DNA of 64,000 nucleotides from Candidatus Methylomirabilota bacterium (GTDB lineage Bacteria; Acidobacteriota; Thermoanaerobaculia; Thermoanaerobaculales; Sulfomarinibacteraceae): NCBI GenBank assembly GCA_035464095.1, contig DATHSO010000191.1, positions 1,009 to 65,008 of the forward strand, read 5' to 3'. Shown piece by piece: positions 58,719 to 64,000 of this stretch (position 1 is its first letter; each line of letters starts with the position of its first letter). The notes under the pieces were generated by a model. It saw only the letters and a program-made list of their open reading frames with translations, ran no database searches and was not told where the DNA came from. The position numbers and the translations under genes were made by a program.

Positions 58719-59633
58719 TCATGCCTTCGAAATCGCGACCTCGCGGTACTCCCGTTGCATGAGCTCAACGATGTCCTCATACCTCCTTCGAATGGGCCCG
58801 AGGGCCTCCATTTTCAAGCTCGTTGTCGCTGCGGACCAGCGGATCGCCTCCTCAGGCGGGTGCTCGAGCCGCGCCGCCACGTAGGAGCCGACGCAGGTGT
58901 CGCCGCGACCGCTCCGTCCGACCATCGACTTGGAGTGGAACCTCGCCTCGAGCAGCTTGTCGTCGGCGAGGACCACGATGCCGTCCCGGTGGGTGATCAC
59001 GACCTCACGGGGGCCTGCCGCCGACAGGGCTCTGGCGGCGCGCCGGATGTCCGGCTCGCCGGTCAGCGCTTCGGCCTCCACCACGTCCGCCTTGAGGATG
59101 TCCACCAGCTCCAGCACCGCCGCCTGCTCGGGCCAGGTCACGTGCTCGAGCCGCCCGTCCGGCCGTCGCACCCTGATGAAGCCCTGGGCGTCGATGCTGA
59201 CGAGCCCCTTCTTGGCGCGCAGCTGGTGGAGGGTCTCGATGGGCATCTCGCCCCTGAAGGACGGGCTGACGATGTACGCCGATGCCTCGACCTCCCGCAC
59301 CTGCTCCGGAGTGAACGACCCGGCCGTGTCGGCCACGGTCAGGATCCGCTCGTCCGGGTTGTCCGTGTGGTACTCGAGACGCATGAGCGTCGAGCTCGGG
59401 GCTGCCGTCGCCCGGACGTCGATGCCGGCCGCCTCGAGGTCCCGCACCACGTGGAAGTCTCCGGACGCCAGCCGCATGACGGCCACCACGCTGCGGCCCA
59501 GGGTGTGGGCGGCGTGAGCCGAGTAGGTGACCCCGCCACCGTCCGCGTACTGGGTCCCTGCGGACGTGACGATCGTGTCCTTGGTGTAGTTGCCGATTGT
59601 CGCGACGTCGTATCGGGTCCGCGAGTCCGTCAT
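58719..59633 (-). CDS. PfkB-family carbohydrate kinase
   Basis: ATG 59633, 304 aa, with GGGVTYSAHAA near the N-terminus and GRSGRGDTCVGSY near the C-terminus (PfkB signature 2-like). Confidence 0.8.
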   Translation of the reverse strand: MTDSRTRYDVATIGNYTKDTIVTSAGTQYADGGGVTYSAHAAHTLGRSVVAVMRLASGDFHVVRDLEAAGIDVRATAAPSSTLMRLEYHTDNPDERILTVADTAGSFTPEQVREVEASAYIVSPSFRGEMPIETLHQLRAKKGLVSIDAQGFIRVRRPDGRLEHVTWPEQAAVLELVDILKADVVEAEALTGEPDIRRAARALSAAGPREVVITHRDGIVVLADDKLLEARFHSKSMVGRSGRGDTCVGSYVAARLEHPPEEAIRWSAATTSLKMEALGPIRRRYEDIVELMQREYREVAISKA

Positions 59634-59641
59634 GGGTTTCC

Positions 59642-60991
59642 TCAATCCCTCACCTTCACGCGCCACAACGAGGTGGCCAGGATCAGCGACACCACCGACA
59701 TCCCGACCCAGAACCAGATCACGACGGTGAAGTCGTAGTGGCGTACGCCGTCGACCAGGGTGACGCCGCGCTCGATGAGGTGGCCGCTGATCTGGTCCTG
59801 GAGGGCCGCGCCGATGTACGAGAAGACGCCGATGAAGCCCATGGCGGCCCCGGCCGCGCGCTTGGGCGCGATGTCGAGGGCGAACAGGCCGCCGAGGGAG
59901 GTCACCAGCCCGGTCAGTCCGAAGCCGTAGATGAAGAAGGCCACGGTCATGAACACCGGCCGGCCGGGCGGCCCGTAGAAGACCATCAGCAGGCCCACGA
60001 TCTCGAGCACCGCGAAGATCACGTTGGTGGGCGGGCGACGGGCGTTGAACAGCTTGTCCGACATGAAGCCGAAGGCGACGGCGCCGAGGATGCCGGCGAC
60101 GGTGTTCACCGAGATCACGCCGCCCGCCTGCATGAGCGAGTAGCCCTTGGCCTCCTGCAGGTAGAGCACGCCCCAGCTGTTGATGGCGTAGCGGGTGACG
60201 TAGATCGACGCGCTCGAAAGCGCCAGGATCCAGATCGCCGGGATCTTCAGAATGGTCCTCTGGAGCTCCCAGGTGCTCTTCTGCTTCCGGGCGGCCGCCC
60301 CGGCCGGGTCGACGATGTCGTCGTTCCAGACCGCGACCGGCGGCAGGCCGATGGTCTGCGGCCGGTCCTGCATCAGCAGGTAGAGACCGGCGGCGACGAA
60401 GACGCACAGCAGTCCCGGGCCCCAGAAGCCGGCGCGCCAGCCCCACAGGGTCACCAGCGCGGCGACGCCGACGAATGTCAGCCCCTCCCCGATGGCGTGA
60501 GCCGTGCTCCAGATACCGTAGATACGGCCCCGCTCGCGGTTGGAGAACCAGTTCGCCATGGCGACGGCTCCGGTCGGCGCGCCGAAGCCCTGGAACCAGC
60601 CGTTGAGGCCCCACAGCAGCAGCGACAGCCAGAGCACCGTCGAGAAACCCATCCCGACGTTGAGCAGCGCCGACACGACCACGCCGAAGGCGAAGAAGAT
60701 CTTCAGGTTCATGTGGTCGGCGAGGAAGCCGTTGGTGAGCTTGCCGAAGGCGTAGGTGTAGAACAGCGCCGAGCCGATGAGGCCGAGCTCGACCGGGGTG
60801 AAGATCCCCTCGTCGATGAGAGGTTTCTTGACCATCGAGAGCGCCAGGCGGCAGGTGTAGACCAGACCGTAGCCGATGGTGATGGCGAGCATGATCCGCA
60901 GCCGGTTTCGCCGGTAGAGCCGGTTGACCACCGAGGGGTCGGCGGTCACCGGCCGGTCTGGGCCCGTCCGGATCGAGCTCAGCAGACTCAC
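59642..60991 (-). CDS. MFS transporter (organophosphate/sugar-acid anion type)
   Basis: 449 aa with 12-TM-like hydrophobicity. GYGLVYTCRLALSMVKKPL..GKLTNGFLADHMN resembles UhpC/GlpT/ExuT-like MFS proteins. The GTG overlaps the upstream TGA (GTGA). Confidence 0.75.
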   Translation of the reverse strand: MSLLSSIRTGPDRPVTADPSVVNRLYRRNRLRIMLAITIGYGLVYTCRLALSMVKKPLIDEGIFTPVELGLIGSALFYTYAFGKLTNGFLADHMNLKIFFAFGVVVSALLNVGMGFSTVLWLSLLLWGLNGWFQGFGAPTGAVAMANWFSNRERGRIYGIWSTAHAIGEGLTFVGVAALVTLWGWRAGFWGPGLLCVFVAAGLYLLMQDRPQTIGLPPVAVWNDDIVDPAGAAARKQKSTWELQRTILKIPAIWILALSSASIYVTRYAINSWGVLYLQEAKGYSLMQAGGVISVNTVAGILGAVAFGFMSDKLFNARRPPTNVIFAVLEIVGLLMVFYGPPGRPVFMTVAFFIYGFGLTGLVTSLGGLFALDIAPKRAAGAAMGFIGVFSYIGAALQDQISGHLIERGVTLVDGVRHYDFTVVIWFWVGMSVVSLILATSLWRVKVRD

Positions 60992-61986
60992 GGCCGCTCC
61001 ACCGGCACCGGTCGGCGCTCGACTATGGAACGGGCCGCCGCCTGCCCCACGAGCACCGACATGAGCCCGTCGAGCCCGCCCACCGGCGGCTCGCGGTCGT
61101 CTCGGATGCAGTCGAAGAAGGCCGCCATCTCGGCCAGGAACGACGCCTGGTAGCGTTCGAGGAAGAAGTACAGGGGGTTGTCGGCCCGGACGCCGTCGGC
61201 GCCGCTGACGGTCACCCGGTTCGGCGTCTCGTTGCCCGCCTCGGCGCTTCCCTTGGAGCCGAAGACCTCGACCCGCTGATCGTAGCCGTAGACCGCCTGG
61301 CGGCTGTTCTCGACCACCGCCAGCGCGCCGTCGGCCATGACCATGGTGGTTACCGCAGTGTCGATGTCGCCCGCCTCCCCGATCGCGGGATCGATGAGGA
61401 CCGCGCCCATAGCGAAGACCTCGGCCACCTCGCCGCCGGTGAGGAAACGCACCATGTCGAAGTCGTGGATCGTCATGTCGAGGAAGATGCCGCCCGAGCT
61501 CTGCACGTAGCTCACCGGAGGGGCCTCCGGGTCGCGGGAGGTGATCTTGACGATCTGGACCGTGCCGACGTCGCCGTCGACCACCGCCCTGCGCACCCGT
61601 GCGAAGGTCGGGTCGAAGCGGCGGTTGAAGCCGACCTGGAGCTTGACGCCCGCCCGCTCGACCGCCTCGAGAGTGCGCCGGATCCGGCCCGGCTCGAGGT
61701 CGATGGGCTTCTCACAGAACACGTGTTTGCCGGCGGCTGCGGCCGCCTCGGTGAAGGGCGCGTGGGTCGGGGTCGGCGAGCAGATCAGCACCGCCTCGAT
61801 CTCGTGGTCGCCGAGCACCAGCCCGGGGTCGACCCCGGTCGCGACGCCATCCGGCGGCCAGCCGGTGAAGTCGACGAAGGGGTCTGCGATCGCCTTGACC
61901 CGAACCCCCGGCATTCTGAGCAGGTTGTCGGTGTGAAGCCGGCCGATGCGGCCGGCCCCGAGCACGCCCACGGTGATGGTCTTCAT
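60988..61986 (-). CDS. Inositol 2-dehydrogenase-like Gfo/Idh/MocA oxidoreductase (copy 2)
   Basis: 332 aa with MKTITVGVLGAGRIGRLHTDNLLRMPGVRVKAIADP and FCEKPIDL. ATGA overlap with the upstream paralog. Confidence 0.8.
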   Translation of the reverse strand: MKTITVGVLGAGRIGRLHTDNLLRMPGVRVKAIADPFVDFTGWPPDGVATGVDPGLVLGDHEIEAVLICSPTPTHAPFTEAAAAAGKHVFCEKPIDLEPGRIRRTLEAVERAGVKLQVGFNRRFDPTFARVRRAVVDGDVGTVQIVKITSRDPEAPPVSYVQSSGGIFLDMTIHDFDMVRFLTGGEVAEVFAMGAVLIDPAIGEAGDIDTAVTTMVMADGALAVVENSRQAVYGYDQRVEVFGSKGSAEAGNETPNRVTVSGADGVRADNPLYFFLERYQASFLAEMAAFFDCIRDDREPPVGGLDGLMSVLVGQAAARSIVERRPVPVERP

Positions 61987-63017
61987 GAGGTCGCGTCTCC
62001 CGCTGCGGCCATCGCCGCCGATTCCAGGCGCACTGGTCGCCCGCTGGCCAGGGAGGCCCGGGCCGCCGCCGCCGCCCGCACCGCCGCCAGGGCGTCGTCG
62101 GCGGTGGCCACCACCGGGTCGCCCGCCGACACCGCCTCGACGAAGGACCGCAGCTCGGCGACGAAGGCGTCGCGGTAGCGAGCGACGAAGCCACCGTAGG
62201 GCGTGCGCGTCACCACGCCGCCGGTCGTGCTCAGGACTCGGGTGCTCGGCCGGAGGTTGTCGACGGCGACGCTGCCGACCGAGCCGAGCACCTCGAAACG
62301 CTGGTCGTATCCGTAGACCGCCTGGCGACTGGCGTCGATCACCGCCAGAGCGCCGCTGGCGAGCCTCAGGGTGACCACGGCGGTGTCGATGTCGCCCGCG
62401 GCGCCGATGGCCGGGTCCACCAGGACCGCACCGACTGCGAAGACCTCGACGATCTCCGAGCCAGACAGGAAGCGCACGGTGTCGAGATCGTGGATAACGA
62501 AGTCGAAGAACAGCCCGCCCGATCGCTTGACGAAGTCGACCGGCGGCGCCTTGGGGTCCCGGTTGGTGACGCGGAGGGTCTGGACCTCACCGACGCCGCC
62601 GCTCTGGACCGTGTCCGCCAGATCCACGAGGCTCGGGTCGGATCGCCGGTTGAAACCGACCTGGAGGACGACCCCGGCCTCGCGGGCCGCGCGGCCGGCG
62701 GCCTCGATGGGCCCGGGCTCGAAGGCCAGGGGCTTCTCGCAGAAGATGTGCTTGCCGGCCGCCGCGGCGCGCTCGACGAGCTCGCAGTGGCGGCCCGACG
62801 GCGCGGCGATCACCACCGCTTCGATCTCGGGGTCGTCGAAGACCACGTCGTTGTCGGTCGCGACGACCGGGATGCCAAGCGACCGCGCCCAGCCCTGGTC
62901 GAGGTGCGGACTCGCCACCGCCTTGACCCGGGCCCCGGGGACCGCACGGACCAGGTTCTCGGTGTGCATCCTGCCGATGCGCCCCGCGCCGATGACGCCG
63001 ACCGTGATGTGGTTCAC
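61983..63017 (-). CDS. Inositol 2-dehydrogenase-like Gfo/Idh/MocA oxidoreductase (copy 1)
   Basis: I place the start at GTG 63017 (GGAG upstream), giving 344 aa. It has VNHITVGVIGAGRIGRMHTENLVRAVPGARVKAVASP and FCEKPLAF. It is a paralog of the next gene. Confidence 0.8.
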   Translation of the reverse strand: MNHITVGVIGAGRIGRMHTENLVRAVPGARVKAVASPHLDQGWARSLGIPVVATDNDVVFDDPEIEAVVIAAPSGRHCELVERAAAAGKHIFCEKPLAFEPGPIEAAGRAAREAGVVLQVGFNRRSDPSLVDLADTVQSGGVGEVQTLRVTNRDPKAPPVDFVKRSGGLFFDFVIHDLDTVRFLSGSEIVEVFAVGAVLVDPAIGAAGDIDTAVVTLRLASGALAVIDASRQAVYGYDQRFEVLGSVGSVAVDNLRPSTRVLSTTGGVVTRTPYGGFVARYRDAFVAELRSFVEAVSAGDPVVATADDALAAVRAAAAARASLASGRPVRLESAAMAAAGDATS

Positions 63018-63154
63018 CTCGCCGCTCCGTTCTTTATCAAGAATGAATCTTGTTTCTCGTTCGGTTGAAGCTCGAGCGGAGGGCCGACCGTTCCGCCCGC
63101 ACGCCGGCCCCCGGCTTCGACAGTCCCGTTGATCGATGTCAGTGCCCGCGTGGT

Positions 63155-64000
63155 CTAGAGATCGAAGCGCACCCCCAGGGTCGCCCACCAGCCGTAGTAC
63201 TCCTGCTGGCGGATCCGGTCCTCGATACCCTCGAAGACCGTGTAGGGCTCATTGGTGATGTTGACCGCCTCGAGCACGACGCTGAACTTCGGGGTGAACT
63301 GGTACCGGAACAGGAAGTCGATCTGGGCGTGGTCGTCGACCCAGAGGTCATCGGCAGCCTCTTCCCCGACCTCGAGGACGTTCTTGCCGTTGAAGTTGTA
63401 GCTGATCCGGGTGGAGATGCCGTACTTCTCGTAGACCAGCGCGAAGTTGCCGACGTGCTCGGACTGCCCGGGCAGCGGCCCCGGCTCGCGATCCGGATAC
63501 TCCGCCTCGGAGTCGATGTAGGTGTAGTTGGCGTAGATGCCGAAGCCCCCCGCGGCCCCCGGCCAGCTGGTGAAGTTGTTCTGGTAGGCGAGCTCGAGGC
63601 CCCACAGGTTCCCCTTGTCGCCGTTGCGGGGCTGGATGACCTCGAACTCTTCGTCGCCGATCACCTCGTCGACGTTGAACAGGTAGATGTAATCCGTGAG
63701 GTCCTTGTAGAACAGTCCGACCGAGAAGATGCCGATGGGCTGCAGGTACTGCTCCCACATGAGATCCAGGTTCCACGCGGTGGTGACGTCGAGGTCGGGA
63801 TTGCCGAGCTCGATCTCCATGTCCTCGAGGTTGAGCAGCCGCCACGGCGCCATGTCCTCGAAGTTCGGTCGCGCCAGACTGCGGGTGACGGCGGCGCGGA
63901 GCTGGGACTCCTCGCCGGTCTTGTAGACCAGGTGGAACTGGGGCAGCCACTCGGTGTAGCTCTTGTCGCCGACGACCTCGCTCAGGTCCATGGGGTCGCC
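63155..64000 (-). CDS. TonB-dependent outer-membrane receptor, C-terminal barrel portion (5' end outside window)
   Basis: The reading frame is open to the window edge. It has a beta-strand-rich C-terminus ending QQEYYGWWATLGVRFDL, the typical TBDR terminal motif with an aromatic residue near the end. Confidence 0.75.
   Translation of the reverse strand, partial: GDPMDLSEVVGDKSYTEWLPQFHLVYKTGEESQLRAAVTRSLARPNFEDMAPWRLLNLEDMEIELGNPDLDVTTAWNLDLMWEQYLQPIGIFSVGLFYKDLTDYIYLFNVDEVIGDEEFEVIQPRNGDKGNLWGLELAYQNNFTSWPGAAGGFGIYANYTYIDSEAEYPDREPGPLPGQSEHVGNFALVYEKYGISTRISYNFNGKNVLEVGEEAADDLWVDDHAQIDFLFRYQFTPKFSVVLEAVNITNEPYTVFEGIEDRIRQQEYYGWWATLGVRFDL

Noticed and set aside
63018-63154. AT-rich stretch (TCTTTATCAAGAATGAATCTTGTTTC) upstream of the first IolG-like gene as an IolR-type operator or promoter
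   Set aside because: The region is plausibly a promoter, but I could not define convincing -35/-10 boxes or a clean palindrome. It was therefore not annotated as a feature.
1-64000. tRNA, rRNA, tmRNA, riboswitch or CRISPR elements
   Set aside because: Inspecting the intergenic regions by eye, I recognised no cloverleaf-like, rRNA-like or known riboswitch-like sequence. This is a weak negative without tRNAscan or Infernal.

Overview
This is a high-GC (about 70%) bacterial chromosomal window. I can support about 47 protein-coding genes. I saw no rRNA, tRNA or CRISPR array by eye. All family calls come from motif and sequence recognition only; no searches were run. The window falls into three blocks.

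(1) 1-26.2 kb holds envelope, lipid and respiratory genes:
- a PLD-like gene that is missing from the ORF track and cut by the window edge, plus GlpQ;
- a two-domain PPK2, NDH-2, an SDR, DUF3124 and a large outer-membrane protein;
- a tightly overlapping fatty-acid-modification cluster (DUF1295, FAD amine-oxidase-like, DUF1365, CFA synthase, a second CFA-like methyltransferase, CIA30);
- a 1314-aa ELWxxDGT-repeat surface protein, an orphan EgtD-like methyltransferase, a spondin_N/CHRD protein and cydAB.

(2) 26.2-43.6 kb is a poorly annotatable island with visibly more A/T-ending codons.
- Its left edge carries a frameshifted IS91-like transposase fragment.
- It contains two translationally coupled giant ORFs (1247 aa and 1520 aa) with no domain I can recognise.
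- These are divergent from a 733-aa protein with an internally duplicated Cys-containing module.
- Next come a secreted gluzincin metalloprotease whose C-terminus is a Cys-rich motif + TM helix + Arg/Lys cluster, and an immediately adjacent divergent Lgt paralog.
- A convergent pentaheme cytochrome c closes the island.
- This island is my best candidate for an undescribed system.

(3) 43.7-64 kb contains:
- an AlaX-like editing protein and a membrane-anchored hypothetical protein;
- a RAYT/IS200-like Y1 transposase flanked by perfect 26-bp inverted repeats;
- a roughly 15-kb minus-strand sugar-acid/inositol catabolic operon: TonB receptor, 2 IolG-like genes, MFS, PfkB kinase, Zn-ADH, Gfo/Idh/MocA, creatininase-like, TIM-barrel epimerase, UxaE-like, SDR, LarA-like, Gnd and a KdgK-like kinase.

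An AT-rich heptanucleotide tandem repeat (CATAATT)n occurs at three intergenic sites in this block. Many long ORFs in the supplied track are antisense or out-of-frame shadows typical of high-GC DNA.
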